A stretch of 64,000 nt of DNA from the human T2T-CHM13v2.0 reference genome, Homo sapiens. Shown one piece after another: positions 14,786-27,979 of the stretch (the stretch's first letter is position 1; the number at the start of each line of letters is the position of its first letter). The notes beneath the pieces are model-generated. The model did not search any database. It saw only the letters and a program-made list of their open reading frames with translations, and was not told the origin of the DNA. The stretch is taken from assembly GCF_009914755.1 (NCBI RefSeq), contig NC_060932.1. One strand, written 5' to 3'. The translations under genes were made by a program, and so were the position numbers.

Positions 14786-16059
14786 TATATGTTATCACTC
14801 TTTGACAATCATTCCAAATGTTCTCTATTGAAGGTTTAAAATTATCCATTAGCTAATATAAAAGCATTATTAAAAATAATAATATACTCATTTCATAAGA
14901 CTTAAAAAATGCATCCAAAAAAAAAAAACCCAGCAATCAGATTGGGTACATTGAATCCATGTAATGTATAAGAACTTCAATCCAAGAATTTGGAAGATCT
15001 CAGTTGAAAGGAAACTGACGCATAACCAACTTTAAGTTGTATTTTGTGTAGCACATAAGTTCCATAAGAACTATCTCCATATTGCTAATTGTCAATATGC
15101 ATGAATGATACCTGTCCACCTAGAGTTCTGCAAATCTACCTACATTTCTTGAGAATTGCTTTCATTGCTCCTTTTATTGTCAGCTATATAGTCACAAAAA
15201 TATAATGATTCCATGTCATCAGAATGGAAGTTGTTTTCATAGCCTCTCCAGAACTGTAATTTTGACAGTACTGAGGAATCATGGCATTAATTTGTAAAGA
15301 ATTTGCTGTGACAGTTTGGTTCTTTCACTGTCTTCTCTACATCATTTTAAGCAAAGACACAGGTTTTTTTGAAGATATTTGCCCCTTGTATGCCCCCTTT
15401 TTTATTTTAATCATTTTCCATACTTTTCTTTCTTACCTTTGTAAGAAACCAAAATTACCCTTGGGAAGACAAAACTCATATTGCGACTTTAAGAGGTGTA
15501 AAAAAAGCTGGGTCATCGTGGGAGTTGTGAGACTGTTTGGCTCCAAACCGGGTGCTAAAACAATTCCAAAGCACTTGGGATCTGCGTCTTTGTGAAGATC
15601 ATCAGGGCACTCTTGCGTGCTAATTTAATTCTAACGGTTGTATGTCCAGGTCTCTGTGAACCACGCAGTTCTTTCAGTTAAACAGAATGAAAATTGGAGC
15701 TGAATATCGAGTCAAGGAGTGTGAAACTAGTGAGCCACGATGGTCCTAGAAAAAGCCAAGAATATAACATTTGAAAGCACAAAGGCACATAGGAGGACAT
15801 CCAGTGAGTAAGGCTACAAATGCCCTTTTGCACCAAAGGAAAAATAAAACTGACCATTAAAAGAGTTATTGCAAGGTCTTGAGCTTGTCTAAATCGTTTC
15901 TCCCTTAACTGAAAAATAGTCGATTAGAGGCAGGAAGCAAGCAAGTTGCTAGTAGCAGAGCAGGAAATGAAACCTAAATTCTCCCATCTTGATGATGTAT
16001 GACACCTTTATAAGATTTCAATGCTAAAATGCTAATGCAGTCAATATATTGGCTACTTC

Positions 16060-16552
16060 TTATATTTGTTTCTTGTGACAAATTACTGCAAATGTAGAAA
16101 CTTAAAACAGTAGAAATATATTCTCTCATAATTCTGGAGGCGAAAAGTCTTAAATCAGCATTACTGAGCCAAAATCATGGTCTCAGCAGAGCCACACACC
16201 CATTGGAGGTTCTAGGGGAGAACCTATGCTTTGTTTCTTCCAGCTTTTAGTGACGGCCACGTTCTTCAGCTTGTGGCCACATCATTCCCACGTTCCAGTT
16301 CAGCAGCACCTTTAAATCTGTTTCATATTCACATCAGCTATGTGTCTGTGAAATCTCCTTCTGCCTCTCTCTCTTATAAGGACACTTCTGAAGGCATTTG
16401 GGGCCCACCTGGATAATTTCCCATCTCATGATCCTTAACTTAATCACATCTACAAAGATGCTTTTTTCCAAATAACATAATATTAGCAAGTTGCAGGTAT
16501 TGGGAATTCATAGATTTCATGTGGGGAACAAAGACATTATTCTACTAATCAT
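16060..16552 (-). mobile_element. MaLR solo LTR (MLT1C/D-like)
   Basis: CTCATAATTCTGGAGG...CTAGGGGAGAA...CTCTTATAAGGACAC...TCCTTAACTTAATCACATCT. Confidence 0.85.
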
Positions 16553-17444
16553 ATGAATTATGTTTAGCCGTATGTAAAAAAAAAAAAAAAAACAAGTCTA
16601 CTGGACATTGATCTGTCAACTTTTTCTCTTGGCATAATATGACAAATCTAAAATTACATAAAATGTATAAAGACAACCATAGAAAATAGTTATTGTTTTT
16701 GCCTGTCCAACATCCACCCTTTTTTATGCAACAGCAAAAGGCAATTATATAAAGCAGCCTTCCAGCTTTGTATTGTCTGGCACAATAAAATATGTGCCGT
16801 GCCAGTCTCCAGCCTTTGTAGGGCTACAGCCTTTGCAGCAGAGACTTGGCATCTGCTGATGAGCCTCGTATGTGCCTATAAAAAGTGTGAGATGGTCATG
16901 GTCCCCTGCTCTGAGAATTGTGCGCCTGCGCTTTAAGCCGGGGTTTAGAAAGAAAAAACAAAAGCCACACCTGTTGATTTCTCCTGTAATTGCATTTTTT
17001 AAAACTCTAAATATGAGTGATACTTCTACTCTGGTCAGCATGCAAGCATGGCAATACTCAGGTTGCCTTAATGGGGTCTCAGACAGAAAATCTATAAGGT
17101 GACTTTAAGGGACATTAATTTTATGCTACTTCCCAATCCTGAAAAAATCCATTCCAAAGTGCTTTTACATGAACTAAAAAGATAAAGGCTTATTCCTTTT
17201 CCAGTAGCTGCATGAAATGCTGAAGTACTGTATTAATTTTAAAAGAACATAGGTTTGCTTCTTTGAACATGTACTGTATTTCTGTGTCTTCTACTATGAG
17301 CTGTTCTTTGTTTGCATGTGCTTTTATACCTCCAGGAAAACTGATCTCAACTTAAATAAGCCAAAATTAGATAATACTGTGGCCCCTCTTTCCCCATCAT
17401 CATTCACCAGGTAATGTAATGGGCAGTAAATCCTAATGGCACAG

Positions 17445-18123
17445 GGCCGTATCTCATGTTTGAGTTCCTCCAAAATTCACAGGTAGAAATCCTAAACCCC
17501 AAATTGATGGTATTGAGAGGTAGGGCCTTTGGGAGGTAATTGAGTCAGGAAGGCACAGCCATCGTGAATGGGATTATTAATGCCTTTGTGGAAAAGACCC
17601 CAGAGAGCACCTTGGCCCCTCCTACCATGTGAGGACACAGCAAGAAGATGCCATCTATCAACCTGGAGGTGATTCTCCCACTAGACACCCAGTCAGGTGG
17701 CATCTTGATATCAGATTTCCAGCTCCTAAAACTGTGAGGCATGGCCAGGAGCGGTGGCTCATGCCTATAATCCCAGCACTTTCGGAGACTGAGGGAGGCA
17801 GATCACGAGGTCAGGAAATCGAGACCATCCTGGCCAACATGGTGAAACCCCATCTTTACTAAAATACAAAACATTAGTTGGGTGTGGTGGTGCAAGCCTG
17901 TAGTCCGAGCCACTTGAGAGGCTGAGGCAGGGGAATCACTTGAACCCGGAAGCAGAGGTTGCAGTGAGCTGAAATCAGGCCACTGCACTCCAGCCTGGCG
18001 ACAGAGCGAGACTCCATCTCAAAAAAAAAAAAAAAAAAAAAAAAACTGTGAGGCATATTTTTATTGTGTCTAAACTACACAGTCTCAGGCCTTTTGTTGT
18101 AGCAGCTTGAAAGAACTAAGACG
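17445..18123 (+). mobile_element. MaLR solo LTR (MLT1A0-like), interrupted by AluSc
   Basis: CCAAAATTCAC...GGGCCTTTGGGAGGTAATT...ATGTGAGGACACAG; resumes after the Alu and ends CTAAGAC. Confidence 0.85.
17743..18041 (+). mobile_element. Alu SINE (AluSc-like)
   Basis: GATCACGAGGTCAGG, GAGACCATCCTGG, CCTGGCGACAGAG; 15-bp TSD AAAACTGTGAGGCAT. Confidence 0.95.
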
Positions 18124-18717
18124 AACTGGTTTCAAACAGTATGGATTCCATCAACAATCATTTAGTAATTATTAATAAGTTAGCACAGAGGATCGAAGTC
18201 AAAGACAAGGTAAGTTCACCTTCTGAAAGTTTATTGAAATTAATTTACTTTAGATTAGATTAGCCATCTGCAGAAATCATTTTACAAGTAACTATGTCTC
18301 TGAGGTCAAAAGCAGAAAGAGGAGATCTAGCTATTCAATAAAGGCTTGGCAATGTAAATGAGTGCTTGGTATCTATTGAATCTTGGTATCCTCTTTTATT
18401 TTTTCAGAGGAAACACAACACAAATTATTAGGCAATAGCCTAGAGTCTAGAAATGGATCAATAATTTGTCAGGTTCCTTCCAATACCACTGAAGGCAAGG
18501 CCATCCCCATTAACCTGCTCAATTAACTCAGCTGTTCATATCCCATACCTGCTGTGGTGGCCAAACAGGGCTCTAGATCACATTCTGCTTCCATATTCTC
18601 TTCTAATTCTTCCACTACCTATTTTTCTTCCATGTTTATCAATGTCTAATGAGAAAATACGTCGGTGGGCTGACCTAAGCATTCAGATATAAGAGAAGTT
18701 TTAGTTTTATAATGAAT

Positions 18718-18718
<1 letters not shown>

Positions 18719-18748
<30 letters not shown>

Positions 18749-18991
18749 TTTTGAGATGGAGTCTCACTCTGTCACATAGGCAACCTCCACCTTCCAGGTT
18801 CAAGTGATTCTCCTGCCTCAGCCTCTTGAGTAGCTGGGATTACAGGTGTATACCACCATGCCTGGATAATTTTTGTATTTTAGTGGAGACTCGGTTTCAC
18901 CAGGTTGGCCAGGCTGGTCTTGAACTCCTGACTGCAGGTGATCTGCCCACCTCAGCCTCCCAAAATGCTGACTGAGCCACTGGGCCCAGTC
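18719..18991 (-). mobile_element. Alu SINE (AluS-like) with (TTTA)n tail and two internal deletions
   Basis: TSD TTATAATGAATT at 18707-18718 and 18992-19003. Confidence 0.93.
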
Positions 18992-19229
18992 TTATAATGA
19001 ATTCTAAAATCAGCATTCTAGTTTAAACCACAGTCTCCCATAAGTTTAGGGGGGTCAATCAATCACTGAGTCCTGACAGACATACAACTCAGGTTCAGAA
19101 ACCTACAAAGTTGAGAGTCATTCCATGGGATATGGTGACCACACCAAGGCTCTGCCATCCTTGAAGCCTCACCCAAGAGATCAGCTTTTCCCAGACATCT
19201 ATTCATCTCTAATCATTGATATTGCCGTG

Positions 19230-19690
19230 CACTCATTCGAGGAATGTGTATTAAGTGCCTACTGGGTGTCAGGCGCTGTGTTAGAAAGCGCAGCAGCAAA
19301 AATGGTTTGCATGATCCTTGCTCTCAAGAAGTTTGCGGTCTATGAACAGTAAGGATACTAATACCTTAAGCAAAAAATATGAACTAGAACCTAAAGAACT
19401 GAGTAGGAGTTAGCTATGAAAGTAAATATGAAGGTTTTCCAGGTAGAGAAAAGAGCAGAAATAAAGACTGTGATGTGGAAAAGAGCCGGATGCATGTAGA
19501 GAGAAGAAAGAAGTCTGGAGCTTAGTGAGAGGAGAGGAGAGTAGCAAGAGGCCCAGAGACAGTGGGAGAGGCAGGTAGAGGCCATGCCGTGCTGGGCACA
19601 ACTAGCAGGTCATGTCAGAAATTCTCTACTTTGTTCTAGGTTCAACTGAACACTTTGAAAGGACTTAATCCTTGTAAATCATGTCAGGAT
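19230..19690 (-). mobile_element. L2 LINE 3' end
   Basis: CATTC...TATTAAGTGCCTACTGGGTGTCAGGCGCTGTG...CCTTGCTCTCAAGAAG. Confidence 0.75.
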
Positions 19691-20033
19691 ATTGTTTGAT
19701 TGGGACCCGTGATGACCAGCTCCTATCCCATCTACCTACTATTGTTCTGCATTTCTAGCAGATAAACAGAAAATAAAGACAAGGAGGAGGCTATCTCTCT
19801 CTCTTGTTCTCAACAAGCAAAGGTTGTCATAAATGGCAGTGCAGTCCCTGTGAACCATATTCAGCCAGCAGTTGAACTGAATGTAAACTTTTTGACTGAA
19901 TTAGGTGTCCTTAAATAAGCCACCACTCTCCAAGTTGCCCACAGGCTCCAACACTCCCTACTGCCTTGTAGATCACCTGCTGCGGTCCTTCATTTTACCC
20001 GCCTTGCTTCCAAAGCCTTTTGAGTTTGCAATC

Positions 20034-20395
20034 TGTCTTAGTCTGTTTTGTGCTGCTATAACAGAACAGCAGAGACTGGGTAATTTATAATGAACAGAAA
20101 TTTATTGGCTTACAGTTCTGGAGGCTGGGAAATCCAAGATCAAGAGGCTGGCATCTGGCGAGGGCCTTCTTCCCACATCATAACATGATGAAAGGCAGAA
20201 GGGCAAGAGTGTGTGTGTGAGAGAGCAGTGGAAGGGGGCCATACTCATCCTGTTATCAGGAGCCTGCTCTCACAGTAACTCACTCACTCCCATCATGATG
20301 GCATCAACCTCATCAGGCCCCACCTCCCAACACTGTTGTCTTAACGATTAAGCTTTCAACACTTGCTTCTTGGAAGAAACACTTAAATTATAGCA
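20034..20395 (-). mobile_element. MaLR solo LTR (MST-family)
   Basis: TGTCTTAGTCTGTTTTGTGCTGCTATAACAG...TATAGCA; TSD CAATC. Confidence 0.9.
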
Positions 20396-20487
20396 CAATC
20401 TATATTCACATTGTCAGGCTATATGATGTATTCACCTAATTTCACTGAAAGAACCCATGCTGAACAAGGACACAAGAAGAAGTAATT

Positions 20488-20650
20488 ATTAACCTTCCGT
20501 GGATCCCAGCATCTTTTGAAAACATGATGAAAATGTTTGAATCTCTCCCCCAGGAGATCATGTGCATGTGTGCAGACACACACACACGCATACACACAAA
20601 TTTCGGTGACACATTTTTACATAACCTCCGAAAACCATTTAAGAAACCCA
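20488..20650. mobile_element. hAT-Charlie-type MITE remnant (MER103-like)
   Basis: TTAACC...TTTGAAAACATGATGAAA...TCTCCCCAG...CACACAAATTT...TTAAGAAACCC. Confidence 0.5.
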
Positions 20651-20738
20651 TTTAAGAAGCACCAGAAACTGGCAACTGAAGCTAGCTGAAAACGAGCATT
20701 GAGGCAAGGAGCGGTAGGTGCCATAACATGTTGGTGAA

Positions 20739-21122
20739 TGACAGAGTTTGGATTTGTGTCCTTGACCAAATCTCATGTCAAATTTTAATCCCCAGTGTTG
20801 GGGGAGGGACCTGGTGGTAAGTGATTTGATCATGGGGGTAGAATTCCTCCTGGCTGTTCTCATGATCGTGAGTGAGTTCTCACAAGACTTGGCCGTTCAA
20901 AAGCATGTGGTGCCTTACCCTTCGCTCTCTCCCTCCTTCTCCAGCCATGGAAGATGTGCTTGTTTCCACTTCACCTTCTGCCATGATTGAAAATTTCCTC
21001 AGGCCTCCCCAGCCAGGCTTCCTGTACAGCCTGCACAGCTGTGAGTCAATTACACCTCTTTTCTTTATAAATTACCCAGGCTTGGGTAGTTCTTTATAGC
21101 AATGTGAGAACAAACTAATATA
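20739..21122 (+). mobile_element. MaLR solo LTR (MSTA-like)
   Basis: GTTTGGATTTGTGTCC...CAAATCTCATGTC...TATAAATTACCCAG; TSD GTGAA/GGGAA. Confidence 0.9.
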
Positions 21123-21593
21123 GGGAACTTTCTCCACGGATGAGATGAGGGAGAGGCTGTGTCCAGGACCTCCAGCCACGGGTACCATGGCCTTTCTTAA
21201 GACCACCTCTTCTTTTATACATGGCCTAACATTTCCCAGAACTCACTTTGAAAACTCTATAAAGAAAGAGAACAGGTACACAATTTGTTATTAGTCCTCA
21301 TAAAGACCATCAAGAAAGCCTACATACGCTGTAAGTATTTACATTGGCTCTCTAGTCTGAAACACTCAGATTTTATATGTTACTAAATGATGATGGAAAG
21401 CTTTTCCAGGTAGAAGAAAAAGCAGCAACAAATCTGAGGATACACCTATTGTTGCTGCTTTTTGCAACCTGCCTTTGGCCCACTTTCAGCCAAGATGGGA
21501 TTATTGAGGGTTTAATCTTCTCAAATTTATTTTCTTTTTCTCATATGTCATTTTATTACCTTTAGCTCTCACTTCTTTTAGAAACAAAATTTA

Positions 21594-21943
<350 letters not shown>

Positions 21944-23090
21944 TCACAATGCTGCTGAAAATGCGGAAGTGTGTCAAGTGTTAGCTCTTCTGAAATGTTA
22001 CAACCATAAGTACCAGGATTCCCTATTGAAAATCACCCTTCTGAGAGTCTCAGTGCAACTTGGGCAAAAGACTTTAAATAAGATGTATATAATTCTATGC
22101 AAATCACAAAATCCATCCAAAGTAAAATTGTCATCCAACTCAGAACGCTGAAAGAGACACACACGTGTCTGCATGCATGCTTGACTTGGACAGCTATGCA
22201 GGCATGATCGATTCCACACTGTCTGAGCAATCTGGAACTTAAATGTCTCTATCTCATTATCACATTTTAAGTCATGATGCTGACAGTTGATGAGACTTTA
22301 TGCAAAACACGGCTCTATAATAGGACACAGCCTCCATCTAACATACTTCTAGCAGGAAATAACAAGCAAAGAAACCAACCCTAGAAAGCCCACCCAAAAT
22401 GCTCCTTACAAAGGTAGACATTTCTTTTCCATGACTATTGGGATTTTTTATGGGCAGAAAAATATTGAAACAGACCGTCTGTCACTGGAGACTCCACCAG
22501 AGAAATACGTTTTCAGCAAAATGGTAAGTTTTCAGAAATGATTTCAAAGCAGCTTGGCATGAGGCATTGCAGCCAGACGCCTCTTGCAGAGCAGACGGTG
22601 GAGTAGAGGACAAAAAGGATATGTCAGCAAGGACTTTGCCGAGGAAAGACTGATGCGCTGCCACCAAGATACAGGACTTAGCATAAATTTAATATGGAAA
22701 GCTGGAGAAGCCAGCAACCGTATTTTAAAAGCAGCATTTCAAGGCAAAATAATTAGGAAAGAAGGGGACACATAGCAAAGATGGAGGAAAGCATGAAGCA
22801 GCAAAGAAAATGGAGAAGAGAGAGCTGAGGGAGAGAGGCACCAGAGGGCCAATACTCACCTAGGGTTTTCAAACCCTTCATTATTGCAAAGCAAAATAGT
22901 TTAGGAATTACCCACATGGTTTGCTACATACTGTACGTACACTTATGCAGGTATTACCTCCCCTGTTCAAGGAAATGGCTGTGTTTATTGAGAGAATAAA
23001 ACAATCCTGGATAATGCAGAAGGCTCAGCAAGAGAAAGCAACTAAAGCTGATATGCAGAATACAGGCGAGTGGGTTTAAAAATTACTCTA

Positions 23091-23439
<349 letters not shown>

Positions 23440-24195
23440 GAGACAGAAGCATTAAGGATGAAATATAAAACCGTTCATAGGCAGCATCAGACCTTTATTT
23501 TTGACAGTTAAATTTTATTTTGCCCAATGGTTAAAAAAATCTCATCCTGTGAGTGCATGGGGGTGACAGGATAGACAGCAACCATGCCTTTGAAGTTGTC
23601 TATCTCCTGTGAGAAATCCGCCCGCCCAATGCTCACCTGCAGCAGTGGCTGAGAGCAAGGTGACAGGAGCCTAAGCAGTAAAGGGACCCAGCCTGCACAG
23701 CCCCCACCCGGAGCACCTGTCCCTGACCACTGGGCAGGGCAGAGCCAGCCTGCGGATCCTACTCTGCCCATCCCAAGGTCTAGGTTGGCTCCACTCACCC
23801 AACTCACCCCAAGCACAGAAGGCAGGACTGTGGGCGCTGCTCCAGAGGCTCTTCCCGTTCCCGGTGGAATTCTGTGACCCAGTGACCGTTCAGCTGGAAG
23901 GGAAGATAGGACAAACGAAACCCTGCGTTATGAGCACAGAGTAGGTTTCTCTTCTATTCAATCATCCACACAGACACTTGAGCATTTTTTTATATTATAG
24001 TCATGAAATACCAATTACATCATACACTGTAAAGAGACAGTGACCATGGACAGCCCTTGCATGTTAAGTGATGATGTGCGGGTGTCACAGAGCCTCCAGC
24101 AGCAGCGCCTGGGTCAGAATCCCGCTCTCCTCTTCTCACAATGCCTGGTGAAACATTCCACCCAGAGGGAGCCCAGGCCACTACAAACGGCAGAA

Positions 24196-24471
24196 CTGCA
24201 TTAGTGGCAGAAAGACAAATGCTTCATTTATATTACTGTCTCAGAGAGAGAGAAGCTACTTTAAATCAACAGACCTTACATCCGAAGTTTATCTTGACTC
24301 CTCAAGGATGGCTTCCTTCACTCTCCAGCTTTAGGAAAACAATAAAAACAATTCCTTTTCAAATAAAAAGTAAAGAGACCTCCTTCCCAAGGTGAAAAGC
24401 TAAAAAGAAAAGAGAATGAGAGTTTTGTCACTTAAAACACATTCTAATGGTCAGTGATGTATTTTTCAAAC
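24196..24471 (+). repeat. Unique sequence, donor copy of a local duplication (second copy at 26167-26444)
   Basis: Hand alignment gives about 87% identity to 26167-26444. Confidence 0.9.
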
Positions 24472-24750
24472 ATTACCAGAAAATTAAGCGTGAAACCTTA
24501 CATTGCCATTAAATCACAGCAGAGGATTACATTATTGACACTACCCGGACAGTACATAGCCACAAAATAGCAGTGGGATAAGAAAAGAGAAATTGTCGCC
24601 TCGTTGCTTCCCATTGGATGGTTTGTTCAAACTTTCTTCTCCTTCCACAGAGACCTATTCCCCTTCTCCAAAGAGTTTTTTGTCCTATTTCCAAAAGTTC
24701 AAAAAATTAAGAGGATTCTCAAAATAAGAGTTCTTTAAGAAATGTTTTTG

Positions 24751-25052
24751 GGCCACGCACAGTGGCTCATGCCTGTAATCCCAGCACTTTGAGAGGCCAA
24801 GGCGGGTGTATCATTTGAGGTCATTAGTTCGAGACAAGCCTGGCCAACACGTTGAAACCCCATCTCCAGTAGAAATACAAAAATTAGCCAGGCGTGATGG
24901 CTTGTGCCTGTAATCCCAGCTACTCAGGAGGCTAAAGCACGAGAATTGCTTGAGCCTGGGAGGTAGATGGTGCAGTGAGCTGAAATTGCACCACTGCCCT
25001 CCAGCCTGGATGACAGAGTGACACTCTGTCCCAAAAAAAAAAAAAAAAAAAA
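24751..25052 (+). mobile_element. Alu SINE (AluS-like)
   Basis: Full dimer; TSD AAGAA(A/T)TGTTTTT. Confidence 0.95.
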
Positions 25053-25629
25053 AAGAATTGTTTTTAAACAAAAAAAACTAATAGGATACTCGTAAGAGTT
25101 CTTTAAGCATTGTTTTTAAAAACACGAGAAGAGTTCATTTTCTTAAGTTTTCTGATACATTTTATAACACATCTTTAATTTCTCATGGCAGTGGTTTAAT
25201 CCCATCTTCTTCACTCCATGGTTAACCCTTGGAAACCAATGAGAAATGTTCTCCGCATGAATCAAATTTGATCCTTTGAAATAGCAACCACAGCACTGGG
25301 GCTTGAGGACTCAGGTCATCAGTTGGGGGGATGTATTTCGTTCTCATTAGGGCCCAGAAGGGATTCAATTAAAAAGGCAGACTCTGGCCAGAGACAGGAG
25401 GCTACCATGCAAGCTCATCTCCCACAGAGTCCCATCCTCGCTTCCTTGCTGCTACTCCTCATAGCAGCTCAGCAGGAAACAATGGCAAATTCGAACTCCT
25501 ATAAAATGAGAGAAGTGTAGAAGAAATTCTGTTTGCAAGGGTGGGGCAGCTGGAGAGTTTTTCTTTCCCATCCCTGGGCCTCAAGGGAAGTGAGAGGGAA
25601 GCACACAGACGTGTGCAGCTCACTGATGC

Positions 25630-26031
25630 TGTAGTAGGGCATTCTCACATTGCTATAAAAAAAATCTGAGACCAGGTCATTTATTTTAAAAAACACGTTT
25701 AACTTGCTCACAGTTTTGCAGGCTGTACAAGAAGTATAGTGCTGACATCTGCTTGGCTTCTGGGGACGACTCAGGAAAGTTACAATCATGACAGAAGGTG
25801 AAGAGGGAACAGGCACCTCACATGACAAAGGCAGAACAAGAGAGACAGGAGGGAGGTGCCCCATAATTTCAAACGACCAGATCTCGCAAGAACTCACTAT
25901 CTCAAGGACAGCACCATTCAGTAGAAATACACCCCCGTGATCCAATCACCTCCCACCAGGCTCCACCTCCAACACTGAAGGTTACAGTTCCGCATGAGGT
26001 TTGGGCAAGGACACAGACCGGAACCATATCA
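25630..26031 (-). mobile_element. MaLR solo LTR (MSTA-like)
   Basis: CATTGCTATAAA...GCAGGCTGTACAAGAAG...AACCATATCA; TSD GATGC. Confidence 0.92.
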
Positions 26032-26099
26032 GATGCCACCCCCAGGGAGTGTGGGAGGAGGGAACACAAGCTCCCTCATCTCACTGTTGCTCCCCTTCT

Positions 26100-26845
26100 A
26101 ATTACCTCCTTATTGCTCCTGTAAGAATTTACCAAAATAATTAACGGCTTAAAAAAACACAAATGTCTGTGTTAGTGGCAGAAGGACAAATGTTTCCATT
26201 ATATTACTGTCTTATATAGAGAGAAGCTACTTGAAATCAACAGGAATTACATCCAAAGTTTGTCTTCACTCCTCAAGGATGGCTTCCTTCACTCTCCAGG
26301 TCTAGGAAAACAACAGAAACAATTCTATTTCAAATAAAAAATGAAGCAACTTCCTTCCCAAGGTGAAAAGCTAAAAAGAAAAGAGAACAATATAGTTTTG
26401 CCACTTAAAACATGTTCCAGTGGTCTGTGATGTATTTTTCAAACTCTCTTAAAGTTCTGAAGGTCAGAAGCCCAAAATGAGTCTTATGGAGCTAAAATTA
26501 GGATGTCACTGGAGCTGGTTCCTCCTGAAGACCTCAGAGAAGAATCTGCATCTTGCTGCTTCCAGCTTCTAGACGTGGCCAGGTCCTCTGGACTCATGGC
26601 TGCATCACCCCAATCTCTGCCTCAATCACATCTCCTTCTCTGGCTTTGATCCTCCTGCCTCTGTCTGATAAGGCCACTGGTGATGACATTGGGTCAATCT
26701 GGACCAACCAAGACAATCATCCCATCTCAAGCCCCTTAGCCTGATCACTTTTGCAAAATCTTGTGTGCCTATAAGGTCATTATTTGTAGGTTCCAGGGAT
26801 TAGGACATGGGCGCCACTGAGGGCGTGAGCACTGTTGAGCCTACC
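26100..26845 (-). mobile_element. MaLR solo LTR (MLT1D-like) interrupted by a duplicated unique segment
   Basis: GCTTAAAAAAACACAAATGT | insert | TCTCTTAAAGTTCTGAAGGTCAGAAG...CAGGGATTAGGACATGG. Confidence 0.85.
26167..26444 (+). repeat. Inserted copy of 24196-24471
   Basis: TTAGTGGCAGAA...GATGTATTTTTCAAAC shared with the donor copy. Confidence 0.9.
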
Positions 26846-27118
26846 CTTCTCTGCTCTCCCGCAGGTACTTCCTATCACCTGAACCCAATCAAGGCCAGAG
26901 GGCAAAGGCACCTCTTGATGCAGTCAACAGAGGTCAACCCCCCAGGGCACAATGCACAGTGAAGAAGTGGCAGACATGACTCCATAAGGCACACAGAGGT
27001 CACCAGCATGTCTTATATACTCCAGTGTCTTCAGACCTGAAGCTTAAAACTTGTCTGTCTGCTTGTAAATGCAACTTAGCAGACTCAGTACCAGTTAAAG
27101 GCAAGCTCCCTCATCAAC

Positions 27119-27493
27119 TGATATGGTTTGGCTGTGTCCCCACCCAAATCTCATCTTGAACTGTAGTTTCCATAATCCCAATGTGCTGTGGGAGGGACCT
27201 GGTGGGAGGTAATCGAATCATGGGGGCGGTTATCTCCATGCTGTTCTCATGATAGGGAATGAGTTCTTATGAGTTCTGATGGGTTTATAAGGAGCTTTTC
27301 CCCCTTTTGTTTGGCACTACTCCTTGCTGCTGCCACGTGAAGAAGGATGTGACTGGTTCCCCTTCTGCCATGACTGTAAGTTTCCTGAGGCCTCCCCAGC
27401 CACGCTGAATCGTAATTCAATGAAACCTCTTTCCTTTATAAATTACCAAGCCTCGGTATGTCTTTATTAGCAGCATGAGAATGGACTAATACA
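27119..27493 (+). mobile_element. MaLR solo LTR (THE1B/C-like)
   Basis: TGATATGGTTTGGCTGTGTCCCCACCCAAATCTCATCTTG...GGACTAATACA. Confidence 0.95.
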
Positions 27494-27979
27494 CCATGCC
27501 CTCAGACTCTTGACCCATCAGAAGTCAACATCCTCAAATCATAAAGTTAGAAAGAAAAGGAGGCTGTGTATTTTGCAATGTAGACCCACATCAAGTGGTT
27601 TTCAATTCACTTCTGCTTCAGAGGAAAGAGCAACAAAATTATTTTTGCACACATTTCAAATATATGAAATGCTACATTAATTATAGTTTTTACAGAAATC
27701 TCATTGTCATCTTCAGAATCATTACTTTCCTAAAGGTAACATGTGTACTCAGTTGGAATCAGCTAAATTTTTGTTGACAACTTGCAACTCTTCTTGTAAA
27801 TGAGTGTTGCAGTTTACATTGAAGTCGACATTTGATGTTTAGTACTATATTGTGCATTATCCCTGAATTAAAAAAATAATAATAAATGAATGGTTCAAAG
27901 TGTATTCATTGAAATATAGCACAGAACTAGTGATGAGAATAGTAAGCTGAAATGAAAAATTCAAAATTATATATACATT

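Larger units (their letters stand above)
25540..27010 (-). mobile_element. ERVL LTR16-like solo LTR split by MSTA and MLT1D insertions
   Basis: GCCAGAGGGCAAAGG...TTGATGCAGTC...AGAGGTCAACCCCCAGGGCACA at about 26895-26950, plus pieces flanking the MSTA. Confidence 0.55.
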
